NCBI GenBank assembly: GCA_002269645.1
Contig: NIVC01002845.1
Span: forward strand, 1,278-65,277
DNA: 64,000 nt
Source of the DNA: Macrostomum lignano
Lineage: Eukaryota
Reading direction: 5' to 3'
A program made the translations under genes and the position numbers. Under the pieces are notes generated by a model. That model ran no database searches. It had not been told where the DNA came from and saw only the letters and a list, made by a program, of their open reading frames with translations. Positions 25,293 to 39,096 of this stretch are shown piece by piece (the first letter of the stretch is position 1; every line of letters begins with the position of its first letter).

Positions 25293-26920
25293 TTAGTTCC
25301 ATTAGCAGATAGGATTTGGATATTACATTAAATAGGTAAATTAAAGATGTACTTTGCAGAAATGTTAACTTACAGAGCAGCTGACTTTTTACTGACGACA
25401 CGTGCCTGTATGACTGACTTCTTTGACGGCAAAAAATAGCCAAATTTTCCAAATATCAGAACTTAGTGCTTAGTGCCACGTCCTTCCTATTCTAGCTACG
25501 CCCTGCCTTATACAAAGCCTTTAAATAAAACAGTGCATTGTCTCTGGGGGTGGTTGAGGTTCCTGGTTCTATTATTAGAATTGACGTATGTAGTTCCTAG
25601 TTTCCATGACTCATTACTCACTCATAAGGAACAAACGGCCGGGTCTGTAAACTTTAGTTCCCTGTTTTTGTTTTCAATTCATTTAAGCAGCCTTATAATT
25701 TCAGTAACCTTATACTCGTAGTAGCTGTCTGATTGAAAACAAAATGCGAAATCAGTGCCTGATTAACATTCGGTACTTTAAAATTTCTACTTGATATGCA
25801 AGAACTTTTTGCATGTACTGGGTGTGTTTCTTCACGCACTGGTTTGAATTTATGATCAGGCCCACGTCGCGTACAATAGGAGCCTGCTGAGACAATTGGA
25901 GGAAGATTTCTGTTGTAAATTTGTCATAGAAGTTGATTTATTAGTAGGTTTAAGTAAGCGGCAAGTTCGACGTATGATTTCGGAAGATGGCGAACCAAGT
26001 AGACCGCAATTTTTACAGATTTCTTTGGAATTTTTACAGATAAATATTTAAATAATGAGATTATGGATGAAGTGCATTTTTCCCAAAAGCTCCGTCATGA
26101 AAACTGCCCTGAGCGAAATTTGAGGGCTGTGTGAGCTTTCTGTGTGAACTTGTGTGTTACTCACGCGATATGATTCATGCCATAAATTTCTGATATGTGC
26201 GCTTAAAGGCTCACACAAGGCTCACATTGAGATTTTTTGTACAATAATTATGGACAAAATTACTTTGTCCATAATTATTGTGGTCAAATTTTCTTACGAA
26301 TCAATCATTATATCAATCATTAGAACTTGTAAGGCACACTCGTATAAAATTGGTGACACAATAAGACTAACAAAGTTGACAATTTTGCTCCATTCTTGGG
26401 GTTAGCCGTTATACACGAATTAGATAAGTATTTTATGAATTTATTTTGTGAACCACGACACATAATGTAACATCCTGGTACATTGAATATTAATTTAATA
26501 CATCAGATACACTCTCGAACTCTGTGTGCAAAGTTATACCCTATTAGTTCAGCGGACGGTGAATAAAAGTGCGAGAAGTACAAAACTTTTAACATCGGAC
26601 AGAGAGCTCTCAAACCAATTTTTATAGCTAAGCTTAATATACTACTTATTAATACCAGTAGTGTGAGTTAGGGTCGAGAAAAAAATGATGAAAAACCTGT
26701 GTGACACGGGCTGGACAAAACAGGTGCAGTAGGAAAGCAGAACACACCAGTTGCTAATAGGGGGTCTGCGGAACAAAATCAACGCCCAACATTGGCCAAC
26801 AAAGTACATCTGTATCTTGCAACGTCAAGAATAACTAATTTAAAATTTGGGTGCTGCTACGTACGATTACCTGGTGGCTTTAGCAACGGTGATTTACCTT
26901 GGATACGGCATCCTTGTACT

Positions 26921-27350
26921 GTTACATTATCATCCACAACAAGCACATTATCATCCACAACAAGCACATTATCATCCACAACAAGCACATTATCATCCAC
27001 AACAAGCACATTATCACCCGCAACAAGCACATTATCATCCACAACAAGCACATTATCATCCACAACAAGCACATTATCATCCACAACAAGCACATTATCA
27101 TCCACAACAAGCACATTATCATCAACAACAAGCACATTATCATCCACAACAAGCACATTATCATCCACAACAAGCACATTATCATCAACAACAAGCACAT
27201 TATCATCCACAACAAGCACATTATCATCCACAACAAGCACATTATCATCAACAACAAGCACATTATCATCCACAACAAGCACATTATCAACCACAACAAG
27301 CACATTATCATCAACAACAAGCACATTATCATCCACAACAAGCACATTAT
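26921..27350. repeat. Minisatellite, 21 bp unit ACATTATCATCCACAACAAGC
   Basis: About 20 copies; source of the STTSTLS / HYHPQQA ORFs. Confidence 0.97.
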
Positions 27351-27764
27351 ACCTGATACCTGATGCCAACGACCGGCCTCACTTCACAGGGTAATAATAT
27401 AACATAATATACAATAATATAGCATAATAGATAGGAGCAGAGATGCGATGCAAGCGCAGTAAAGAAGCAAGGGACATTGTAAAAAAAGACAATTGCACAA
27501 CAGCGATACAGAAGGGGAGGGAGGGTTCGAGATCGTGAGGCGAACAGCGATGAAATCTCTTAGCCGTGTGGGACAGACAGTGGAAAAACAGTGGAAAGGG
27601 AAAGCCAGAGTAAGGATTGCTTTATAAGCAAAGTCCGCAACTCTGCGAATATAAGATCAGTTCATTTTCAGTTTTGTGTAGACATGATTTATTCAGAAAT
27701 TCCTGTTGCCATGGCAAAGCTGTAATCACAGGGTTGGGTTGAACATATATGCGAGGGCAAGGGC

Positions 27765-28840
27765 GATTCTGAATGATCATTAGGGCGATTCTGAATGATT
27801 ATTAGGGCGATTCTGAATGATAATTAGGGCGATTCTGAATGATCATTAGGGCGATTCTGAATGATTATTAGGGCGATTCTTAATGATTATTGGGGCGATT
27901 CTGAATGATTATTAGGGCGATTCTTAATGATTATTGGGGCGATTCTGAATGATTATTAGGGCGATTCTGAATGATTATTAGGGCGATTCTGAATGATAAT
28001 TAGGGCGATTCTGAATGATAATTAGGGCGATTCTGAATGATTATTGGAGCGATTCTGAATGATTATTAGGGCGATTCTAAATTATTAGGGCGATTCTGAA
28101 TGATTATTGGGGCGATTCTGAATGATTATTAGGGCGATTCTTAATGATTATTGGAGCGATTCTGAATGATTATTGGAGCGATTCTGAATGATTATTAGGG
28201 CGATTCTTAATGATTATTGGAGCAATTCTGAATGATCATTAGGGCGATTCTTAATGATTATTGGAGCGATTCTGAATGATCATTAGGGCGATTCTTAATG
28301 ATTATTGGAGCAATTCTGAATGATCATTAGGGCGATTCTGAATGATTATTGGGGCGATTCTGAATGATTATTAGGGCGATTCTGAATGATAATTAGGGCG
28401 ATTCTGAATGATTATTGGAGCGATTCTGAATGATTATTAGGGCGATTCTAAATTATTAGGGCGATTCTGAATGATTATTGGGGCGATTCTGAATGATTAT
28501 TAGGGCGATTCTTAATGATTATTGGAGCGATTCTGAATGATTATTGGAGCGATTCTGAATGATTATTAGGGCGATTCTTAATGATTATTGGAGCAATTCT
28601 GAATGATTATTAGGGCGATTCTTAATGATTATTGGAGCGATTCTTAATGATTATTGGAGCAATTCTGAATGATTATTAGGGCGATTCTAAATTATTAGGG
28701 CGATTCTGAATGATTGTTAGGGGAATTCTGAATGATCATTAGGGCGATTATGAATAATAATTAGGGGAATTCTGAATGATCATTAGGGCGATTCTGAATG
28801 ATTATTGGGGCGATTCTGAGTGATTATTAGGGCGATTCTA
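27765..28840. repeat. Minisatellite, ~22 bp unit ATTAGGGCGATTCTGAATGATT, downstream of the poly-Q gene stop
   Basis: About 48 copies beginning ~30 nt after the minus-strand stop at 28869. Confidence 0.97.
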
Positions 28841-28868
28841 AATGAGCCAAATCGAACTCACACTTCAG

Positions 28869-31800
28869 TTACTGGGCGGGCGGCTGCGGCGGCGGAGGCG
28901 GCTGCTGTTGCTGGTTGCCGGCGGGGAACTTCGGCTGCCTCGGCTGGTAGCCGCCGCGGAACCGGGGCCCGGGACTCCGGTGGTGGAAGCCGGCGCCGAA
29001 CATGGGCGGCCTGGCGGAATGGTGGTGCGGGTGGTGCTGATGGTGCGGGTGCGGCGGGCCGCGCGGACCGAACGGCTTGGGCCAGCGCGGGTGCTGCAGC
29101 GGCAGCGGCGGCGGCCGGTGGTGCGGCTGGTGGCCGTGGAACGGCGGCCGGGCGGGAGGCGCCGAGTCGTCGTTGACGCCGCGGTAGGCGGCCTCCTGTC
29201 GGGACAGGTAGTCGTCCAGCTCGCGCTCGTCCGCGTCCGCCGGCCCGCCGCCCGCCTGGCCGCCGGCCAGAAGCTGCCGCTTGGCCGGGGTGGCCTCCGA
29301 CGCCTCGCCGTCGGCTGCGGCATCGCCTTTCCTGTCGTCGTCGTCTCTGCCGGCGGCGTCGGCCGTGCCGTTCACCCGGCGCCGCTTGACTCCCTGGCTG
29401 GCAGCGGCGGCGGCTTCAAAAGCGGCCGCGGGGTCCGGGGCGGCGGCATCGAAGCTGAGCAGGGAGTCGCAGGCGTCAGGCAGGCAGCGCAGGCAGGCAC
29501 CCGGCCGCAGGCGGTAGGCGGCCAGGGCAGCCGGAGAGTCGAGCAGTTCCCCTGAGCAGCTGCACGCGGGCCAGCGGATGAAAGCGGAAAGGAGGGGGTG
29601 GAGCCCCCGGGGCGCCAGGGGGAGCAGCAGGTGAGAGGCTGGCCAAGGTGCTGTCTTGCTTTGATTTTTATCACCGTTTCTGCTTTTTATTTTACTCTTG
29701 TTCTTTACAATTTTTCTGCTTTTCTAGTCTTGTCTGCTTCTGTTTTAGTGTGCTTTCAAACTGAATTATCTCTAGCTAACTTATCGATCACTCTCTCTCT
29801 CCTTTATTCGAAACTTTTATATTATCTTTGTATAATAAAAATGCGAGAGATAAAAATGAGAAGTTTTTTATTTAATGTCACACTAGAAATCAAGCAAGTG
29901 GCATCATTCCAGTTAGGATAGAAAAGCTAATTAATTGACTACGTTTGGCATATCATTAAACATGATCACAGAGCAGCGGTTATCTAAAACACATATCTGA
30001 CTGCCGTGCGGTACAGATTGGATTGTGAAACAAAAAATAAGTATAATAATCAAAATGCCTGCTGCCAAAAATTGGACAAAGGAGGTCCAAAAACACACAT
30101 TAGCAGTTCTAAATGTGTAATGCGCGACACACCAAAAATGTTTTAAGAAAAAAGAAAATTAAACCGGTTGGCAGCTCGCAGTGGGGGATCTGCCAGCTCC
30201 AACGGAGGGATGCCAAGCTAATAAGCTGCGAAGCACGCCTTCTGGCAGCCTGAGCTCCAGCCACCCTACTCACGCTGCCTACTCAACTCGGCTTGCTCAA
30301 TGCGAAGCATTCTATTACTGAGCAGAAGCCCAGCCCGAGAACAGCCAATCAGATTCATTTACTATCTAGTCACCTCACTCTTTGTCCGAGCCTAGCCAGT
30401 CAGAATCATTTACTATCTAGTCACCTCACTCTTTGTCCGAGCCTAGCCAGTCAGAATCATTTACTATCTAGTCACCTCACTCTTTGTCCGAGCCTAGCCA
30501 GTCAGAATCATTTACTATCTAGTCACCTCACACCTTACCCTTAGCCCGAGCCCAGCCAATCAGAATCATTTACTATCTAGTCACCTCACACCTTACCCTT
30601 AGCCCGAGCCCAGCCAATCAGAATCATTTACTATCTAGTCACCTCACCCTCAGCCCGAGCCCAGCCAATCAGAATCATTTACTATCTAGTCACCTCACTC
30701 TTTGTCCGAGCCTAGCCAGTCAGAATCATTTACTATCTAGTCACCTCACACCTTACCCTTAGCCCGAGCCCAGCCAATCAGAATCATTTACTATCTAGTC
30801 ACCTCACCCTCAGCCCGAGCCCAGCCAATCAGAATCATTTACTATCTAGTCACCTCACTCTTTGTCCGAGCCTAGCCAGTCAGAATCATTTACTATCTAG
30901 TCACCTCACACCTTACCCTTAGCCCGAGCCCAGCCAATCAGAATCATTTACTATCTAGTCACCTCACCCTCAGCCCGAGCCCAGCCAATCAGATTCAGTC
31001 TAGTCACCTCACTCTGCGTCTGAGCCTAGCCAATCAGAATCATTTACTATCTAGCCACCTCACCCTCAGCCAGAGATCAGCCAATCAGAAACATTTATTA
31101 TCCAGCAACCTCACCCTCAGCCACAGCCCAGCCACTCAGAATAATTTACTATCTAGCAACCTCACCCTCAGCCCGAGCCCAGCCAATCAGAAACATTTAT
31201 TATCCAGCAACCTCACCCTCAGCCACAGCCCAGCCAATCAGAATAATTTACTATCTAGCAACCTCACCCTCAGCCCGAGCAAAGCCAATCAAAACTAATT
31301 ACTATTAAGCCACCTCACTTTGCTCATGGGATAGCTCCATTACAATGATTGGCATTATTTATTAGCCATGACAACAAATTTTCGCAGATCACCAGAAGTT
31401 TATAAAATCAAAGCTGTTTCTCTAACTAAATCTTTTATACCAACTAGCTGAAATTTTCCAATATCTATATTAAAAATCATAAAAGTTATCACTAGTGAGG
31501 TAGCTAAAAATCAGTAGAAGGGTAAATTTGTTACTTTAGTAGTAAAAAAAGCTACTTAGTGATTTATTGATTGCAATATTAAAATATTATGGTTATATAA
31601 GTTGAGTATAGCAGTCTATTGCACAACCTTTTCTTAAACAAAGTTTAGTACTGAGTGACTATGATATACGTTAGCTTAATATTTTTTCATGAGACTTCTA
31701 GACCATCTACATCAGCCCGATAGAGTTGCACTTAAATGTCACTGGTAACACAGATGCATTATATAATAAGATTCTAAACACAACTGTAGAGTTAAAGCAC

Positions 31801-34800
31801 ACCGGTACACAGTTAATTTACACTGGCGGGTGGCAACACAAGTCAGTCATCAGCTAACTAAGCGAAGAAATATTTACTGATGGGGCAGAGTTCTCGGGTG
31901 ATTTGAGAACAGTTTTAACGCTTAGACCCAACATTTTTCAATATTTCAGTGGATTTTATCACTACTGCAGTTGTTTCGCTCTGCAAGATGATAATTATTA
32001 AAAACCATCAATTGGTCAGATTGTCAGCATGCAGTCAGCTAGTTAAGCCAGTACATAATTGGTTAGTGCAAATTTCAGCTGGCCTAGAAATTATAGTTAA
32101 CCAAAAAATCACGTGATGGGATTGGCAATGCGTGGCACTAAGACAGAAGGGACAGAGAAGGGAGTCAATTGACAGTTATACTCAGCAACATCAAAGAGTC
32201 GCCACCCTTTGCCCCAGTGAGCAGTGTTTTTCGATCAGCGTCTATCACCTGGCCAACCATATTGATATTAACAAAACGCTTGAAGAAAACTATGAAAACC
32301 GGGCGGAAGCTTCAATCCATTCAATCTTCGCCCTCCGCTCTTCCCAATCCCTCCTCACCCAGCCCCAACTCTGCGTCCCGTGGCGCAAGTTGCGTCACTC
32401 AAAGCCAAAACTGAGCTGGAATTTACTGCGCACTCTCATAGGTGGCGACTTTTTATTGTTGTTGAGTGCTAAGCCTATCCAACCAAGAATCTCAAGAACC
32501 AAGAAGCTGCAGCAGCCACTTGCCACAGAACTGCATTCGGCCATAGACAGTAAAGCCACTTGCCACAGAACTGCATTCGGCCATAGACAGTAAAGCCGAT
32601 CAAACTGTTCAAGGCTCCACTCTATGGTTAAACCCCAAGTAGAGAATTTCACCTTACCTATTGCATTAGTCCCAGTTAATTTCTAGCATAATATCGTTAA
32701 TTAGAAAGCTACACAATAAACAATACCAAGTGCCTGAGCGGGTTAAAGAACTGCTGTCTGCAGGAGTCTCTATATACAAATCCGAGTGGTGAAGTCAAGA
32801 GAGATTAACTACTAAGACAAATGAATTCAATATAAAATATCACAATTAAACCAAAAATAACAGACTAAAGATATGTATTAACTGACACTCAGTGGGTGCT
32901 GCTGTTGTGTGGTTGCGGTGGAGGTTAGGCCGAGAGAGAAGCGACTAAAAGCTTACATTCTGCTTATAAAGTCTTATTATAGTACTTTTATTCATTCATG
33001 TTCCACTGGTCTATGCAGCCTAATGGGTGATGGAAAATTTGAGACTGGGACAGAATACACAAAGCAGGCTGACTCAGCTCATAGCTAATATTATCCTCTG
33101 CACACTCAAGGTCACTCTCTAATAGAACTTGTTGTTCCTTAATTATGAATTAACTGCTCACATTTGCCAGACTGCAAAAAATGAGAAGAGTGCAAAAGAG
33201 AGAAAAGGCAGTAAACATAACGTGACCAACCAGTTTATGCAAGCGGTTATGAACAATAAATAAACACGGTACATATACATAGAGTACAAGATTATGCCTT
33301 GTTGCTTAGCAGCTGTATTTTATGTTGTTGTTGTTGTTTTAATGAGGCAGGCAAACAAATTTCGCGGGACAATTAATTTGGAAACTGAGCACAAAAACTG
33401 TCAGTCTAATTTTGAGCCACTGTATGGCCTCTGACCTACCTTTGCGCTGCGGCTATGAACCAGCTCACACACTTTCACAGCTCTCCTTTCACGATGCCTG
33501 ATAACAGCCTTGCTTAAAACTATCGAAATTAACGATTTCGGTAACAAGCCCTAAAGCAACAGTCAATAGTAAAAATTAATTCCTCAGCTATCAATCATCA
33601 TACTTAAACGAGTTGAGTGCGCTGTGACCGCACTCTCTCCGCAAATGCTTTTTGGAACCTGAAATAAAGGAGACAAATGTCAATAAAAATAGGGAGTAAA
33701 TTTGCGTTACACACTACTAATTAGCATTCCCCCTAGACTAACATTGAATCTATTCTAGTTATCAATCTCTTAGCAACGGCAATGTTTACCGTAGCAACGG
33801 GATCGATGAAACCTGGCCCAATAAATCAATGTAAAGCAATCTTAAATACGCTAAAAAACACAAATAAATGTAAAGATGTAAGCAGCAATTTGATCCCAAA
33901 TAATTGGGGATATTTTATCTTTATAAACTGCATCTGGAATAGAAAATGCTGAGTTCCCATCATAATGTAACAATGCAATTTCGTTGCTGGGCAAAATGCA
34001 GACTGAGCGGCGGCCCTGCAGGTGAGTGAAATGCAATCAATGGATTTGCAACACCGACTCGGTTGATGAGGCACACAGGAAGCCCCCCCCCCACATCCCG
34101 AAACTGGAGTCCTGCCGCCTCACCTGGTGAAAGCCACGGTGCCGTCCTCGCGGATGAGCCGGCGCCACGGTCCGCTGCACTTTTTGTCGGTGTCGCCGCC
34201 GGGGCCCGAAGTCGCTGTCGTCGGCGTCAGCGCGGCACCAGCCGTCGCAGTCGAAGCAGGAGATGCCGTCGCAGCCGCCGATGAAGCGCCATTGGCGCTG
34301 CCGTCTTTGTTGTACAGCACAGGCCGGCGGACTATGGTGCAGTTGGGATCATCTTCCTGCTGCTGCTGCTGAGCAGTCTGAGTAGTTGGCTGCTTGCCAG
34401 CCTCGGCTGCAGCTGATGCAGCAGACGCTGGCGGCGTATTGTTGGCGTTGGCAGCCGACACGGCGGCTTCAACAGACACGGCTGGAGCCATCGATGACTG
34501 TGACACCTGCTGGTGAAGCTGCTGCTGTTGCTGCTGCTGCAAAAGCAGCTGTTGGGCAGCCGCAGCCGCCTGTTGCTGCTGTTGGTGTTGCTGCTGCTGA
34601 AGCAGTTGATGCTGCTGCTGCTGCTGAAAATCTTTAGCGATATGCGGCGACCTGGCAGCGGCGGCCGCGGCCAGCAATTGCTGCTGCTGCTGCTGCTGAA
34701 GAAAATGCTGCGCGTAGGCGCTCTGAGCAGCCATCAACTGATGATGTTGAAGCAATGCGGCCTGCTGTTGTTGCTGCTGCTGCTGTTGCAGCAGAGCCAG

Positions 34801-35328
34801 CTGCTGTAACTGCTGCTGCTGCTGTTGTTGTTGCTGCTGATGTTGCTGGAACTGAGCAGCGGCAGCAGCCTGCTGAAGGTACTGCTGAAGCTGCAGTTGG
34901 CTCTGCAGCATGGCAGGATTACCGGCGGCAGCAGCGGAAGTCATGGGATACAGGGCCTGCTGGGCGGCCGCAGCGCTGACAGCTGGTATGAGCTGAGCCG
35001 CCTGGCCTCCGCCCTGTGGCAGCATTACGTACTGAGCCAGAGCCTGCTGCGGCAGCGTCGTGGCAGCGGCGGCGGCCATGCGCTGGGCTTGCAGCTGGGC
35101 CTGGACCTGCTGCGCCTGGGCGGACAGGCCAAGCTGGGCCAGCTGTGCCGGGTGCAGTGGAATCCCAGCAGCACCGGCCCCGGCAGCCAGACTGACTGGA
35201 ACTGACTGGCCCGCAGCTGGGACCGCCTGCTGTGGCTGCTGCTGCTGCTGGCTGGCAGCGGCGGCATAGAGCTGGGCCAGGTAGGCATCCAGACTGCCAG
35301 CCGCAGCACCTGGCGGCTTTGCATTCAT
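28869..35328 (-). CDS. Unidentified Gln/Ala-rich protein with a Pro/His/Gly-rich tail. Tentative exons 35328-34124, 30317-30274, 29551-28869 (~643 aa)
   Basis: The long poly-Q ORF ends at a donor (ACCAG|GTGAG, phase 2). A 44-nt exon converts phase 2 to phase 1 and joins the last exon in frame (…WRRLIREDGTVAFT-S-NRMLRIEQAELSRQ-R-ELLDSPAALAAYRLRPGACLRC…). No recognised domain; extra exons possible. Confidence 0.6.
30335..31320. repeat. Intronic minisatellite, 56-70 bp composite units with core CAGCCAATCAGAATCATTTACTATCTAGTCACCTCAC
   Basis: About 16 units with a constant core and three recurring linker variants; abuts the acceptor at 30318. Confidence 0.95.
32177..32240. mobile_element. Tc1-like TIR remnant related to 16594
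   Basis: TATACTCAGCAACATCAAAGAGTCGCCACCCTTTGC. Confidence 0.5.
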
Positions 35329-37059
35329 TACTACTTTTATTAGTACTATATGAGCGTTGCAGAGCTAATCAAAAGTCTCAGATGGTGTAACAAGGAATGT
35401 ATTTAGCTAAGAATGCACAATGTGCATAGCCCAAATTGATCAGCTGGACATGCAGTGAATTGAGATGAGTACAATTCTGAGAGTGGCAAATTAGGTTGAA
35501 TAATAAAATAAGAGAAAAAAATAGACAATAGGCTAATTTATATCTACAAATCTTTCATTTAATTTATTGTCTCTACATTTATCATATGCTTAAGTTATTC
35601 TTAATTAATTGTTCTTTCTAATATATTATTTTCTATATTGTATGTATTATGTATATTATATCTTTTAAGAGAAGGTAAAGAAATTATTTCAATAAAACAT
35701 AGAAAATATAGGATTTATTGTAAAAGGTCAATAAAAGTTCAGATGAAAATTATTGATACTAGTCATATAATTTAACATACAGATTGACAAGTGCTAGTGC
35801 TTTTGGATAAGAAAAATAAAAATAATTATATGAATTAGACATTTTTCTACTTTTTAGACAAACTTCATTTATTAACAAAATGATTTGTAAAAATCAAATG
35901 ATTTTGGTAAAAACCTATTCGAAAGGTCAATACAAATTGACTAATATTTGTTATGATCATTTACTTTATATAATGTCTAAACAAATTGATTAAAGGCCTA
36001 TATACTTTACAAGGGAATAACTTAAACAAAAAACTATATAGTAAATTAGGTTAAGTAATATGATAGACAAATTTTGTCTATTTATCATATTGTCTACTTT
36101 ATATACACATAAAATGGTTTGAAATTTACAATTTTTAACTAATCATCAAATTTAAAACATAGAAAAAAATCTCAAAATAATCAATTTTATATTTTATCTC
36201 GATATACAAAGTAAAACTAATATGTTGTTTATATGTATATTCAATAACTCTTCCTAATATATAACAAATTCATAGAAGATAAATATATTACATTTTAAAT
36301 ACAATAAAACCTATATGTATTATATATATGCCTAAATAATTAAAACATTTAAACCTAGGCCCTAAGAGATAAAGGTGTCATAAGAACTTAACAAGACACG
36401 ATTCAAGAAAAGATCCCAAAATTTTTTATCTCATTTTTGGGATTTTTTAAACTATAACCATTTCTTGTCTTAAATATTTAATTTTAATATTAGGCCCCTA
36501 GACCAAAGCAAAGGCATTTTACTATTGTAGCCAGACTAGAGTCTAAACTATGTTGCCCTAATTTAATAAATGGACAAAGTGTCAAAAGGCATTTTTAGGC
36601 TATAATATTAGACACTACTAAGTGGTATCCCCACCCTCCGGGTGTCCTATCTCCTATCCAATGGAATATCTTACGGAATACTGTATAATTGCAGTGAATT
36701 CAAAGCAAAAAGCCTTAACCAAAAGGCCCCTCTACAATGGAGTTTTGCAATGGCCCTTAACAGGTTCCGAATTGCTTGTTCAATTGTATTATACTTCTAA
36801 TCTGTCTAATACAAGATGTTAACATACTATACCAATCAACTAAATCTAAGTGGATATGGCGGCTCCCTCAGTCAGTGAAAGACTATTCATCTATACATAG
36901 CCCTTAGACGCATTGCATACTACATGCAGAAAGCTACAATTGTGCCAATGGCTATAACTCTGGCCGCTTGCTGCAGGCCAGGTGTAATGAGTAAAAAATA
37001 ATATATAAGAAAGTTTGTATGTTGGGGAGCAAAGAAAGAATGTAATTATGTAATTTAGC

Positions 37060-37562
37060 AAGCAATCCCTTAGATAGCAAGCATCCCTAGACAGTAAGCA
37101 TCCCCTAGATAGCAAGCATCCCTTAGACAGCAAGCATATCCCAGACATCAAGCATCCCCCAGATAGCAAGCATCTCCCAGACAGCAAGCATCCCCCAGAT
37201 AACAAGCATCCCCTAGACAGCAAGTATCCCCCAGACAGCAAGCATCCCCTAGATAGCAGCAAGCATCCCCCAGATAGCAAGCATCCCCTAGACAGTCAGC
37301 AAGCATCCCCCAGACAGTCAGCAAATATCCCCTAGACAGTGGGCATCTCCTAGACAGTGGGCATCTCCTAGATAGTGGGCATCCCTTAGATAGCAAGCAT
37401 CCCCCAGATAGCAGCACACATCCCCCAGACAGCAGCAAGCATCTCCCAGATAGCAAGCATCCCCTAGATAGCAAGCATCCCCCAGATAGCAGCATGCATC
37501 CCCCCAGACAGCAAGCATTCCCCTGACAGCAAGCATCCTCTAGACAGAAAGCATCCCTTAGA
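37060..37562. repeat. Degenerate minisatellite, ~17-20 bp unit AGCAAGCATCCCC(T)AGAT
   Basis: About 27 copies; source of the CLLSGG/YLGDAC ORFs. Confidence 0.93.
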
Positions 37563-39096
37563 CATTGTGGCGCACTACTTCAATACTTTCAAAGTGCATT
37601 GGCTGATACCTTTATGCAAAAAAGAATGTTTTTAGATCCTTATATTTAATTATTTATAGCTTTTAGCATCAGCTAAATAAGTTGAAGCTTAGTCTATGAC
37701 CATAGACATATTGAGCTCTCATTGCAAGAAAAATATACTAATTAGATAGGAAAATATACTACACCAATATAATTATAATTTAATTATATAACTTAATATA
37801 ATTTAATACACTAATTAGATAGGAAAAAACAGGTTTTGTATATTCAAATATTCAAAATTTGAATGTACAAATTTGAATATACAAGTATAACAAAGGTATA
37901 TTTGCTATTTTTCAGTGTAGGCTTACATTGTCATTAGCATAAACAACATAGAAAAATCATTTTGTTAATGATAGTTTTTAGTTTTATTATATAATGAGGT
38001 CTTTTTTGTATTTTTTTTAGCAATTAGCATTAGACCTGGTATATATTAAGGGGCCCAATATACAAATGTGATCTAAACTAAGGTAGATAAGCACTCATTA
38101 AATTTTGAATATCTTTGTACTATGCTGGGAAATCCTAGCATAGGCTTTCATGTTGCCTTCCAAACTGCCAAACTATAGCCTATCTTATCTATAGCATAAA
38201 TGATTAAAGCCTAAGTTAAAGCTAAGCCCAAGCAAGGCCAAGCCAAGGTAAAGAGCATGAGTTTTGTTTTATGTTTGCACTCTTTAATTAAGAATTGTCA
38301 AAATGTTGAAAAGCAAGACCCATTAGTCCTGTCTAGACCTATGCCTATCTGGCTATCTCTTAGAAGTAAAACATTTTTTGTATTTGTACTATACAGTAGG
38401 GCGTAGGCTAGGCCTACATTTTAAAATGCTATGGCCTGGGTGGGTTTAGACACATTGTATTTACATAGACATAGTGTGGCAACTTAACACGTTTAGAAAA
38501 ATTAAATTAGGAAGAAATTGCTGATTGCTGATCAATCGATCATAAAAAACCACACTGAAATGACTAAATAGACAAAAAACAAGTCCTGAATAATCATTAT
38601 GTAGTAGTAAGAGAATTTGGCTCAGGCAATTAGCCTGTTTGGCCAATATATTATAGAGCTATGTATTTGGAATTTTCGAATATAGAAGTTTATAAAGACG
38701 ATTTGACGACGATTTGCTGAGTTATTGTAAAAGATAAAGTATTTGAAAGCGCGCCAGAATTTTTACGGTATTTTTAGACGAAAAGTGACGACTAACAACT
38801 AACAACGAGTATAAATATTAATACAAAAATGAGTACAAATTACGAGGTATAGCTTTAATTGCGAGATTACTTTGGTAAGCGAGTTTGTAAAAAAAAAAAA
38901 AGATGTAGTATTTTTGAAAGCGCGTGATATTTCAAAGCGTGAAAAACGAACATAAACAATACTTCGAAAGAATTTTACTTTTAACGAATAACGACGATTT
39001 AAATATAGGAAATTAAAAAAGACAGTAAATGAATAAACAACTGAAAAGCGGATTTGTTACACTGCTGATGTATCTGATTCAGTTTGTTTAACTGTT

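Noticed and set aside
30335-31320. Possible CRISPR-like repeat-spacer array
   Set aside because: The linkers are only three recurring variants rather than unique spacers; eukaryotic intron; no cas genes.
32518-32597. Two-copy ~40-bp tandem duplication and surrounding 153-aa ORF
   Set aside because: Local duplication within a TE remnant; the ORF has no recognisable domain.
33826-34017. Candidate extra exon of the poly-Q gene after a neat ~105-nt intron
   Set aside because: The acceptor looks good, but the in-phase reading runs into AT-rich sequence with no convincing donor; left out of the model pending cDNA.
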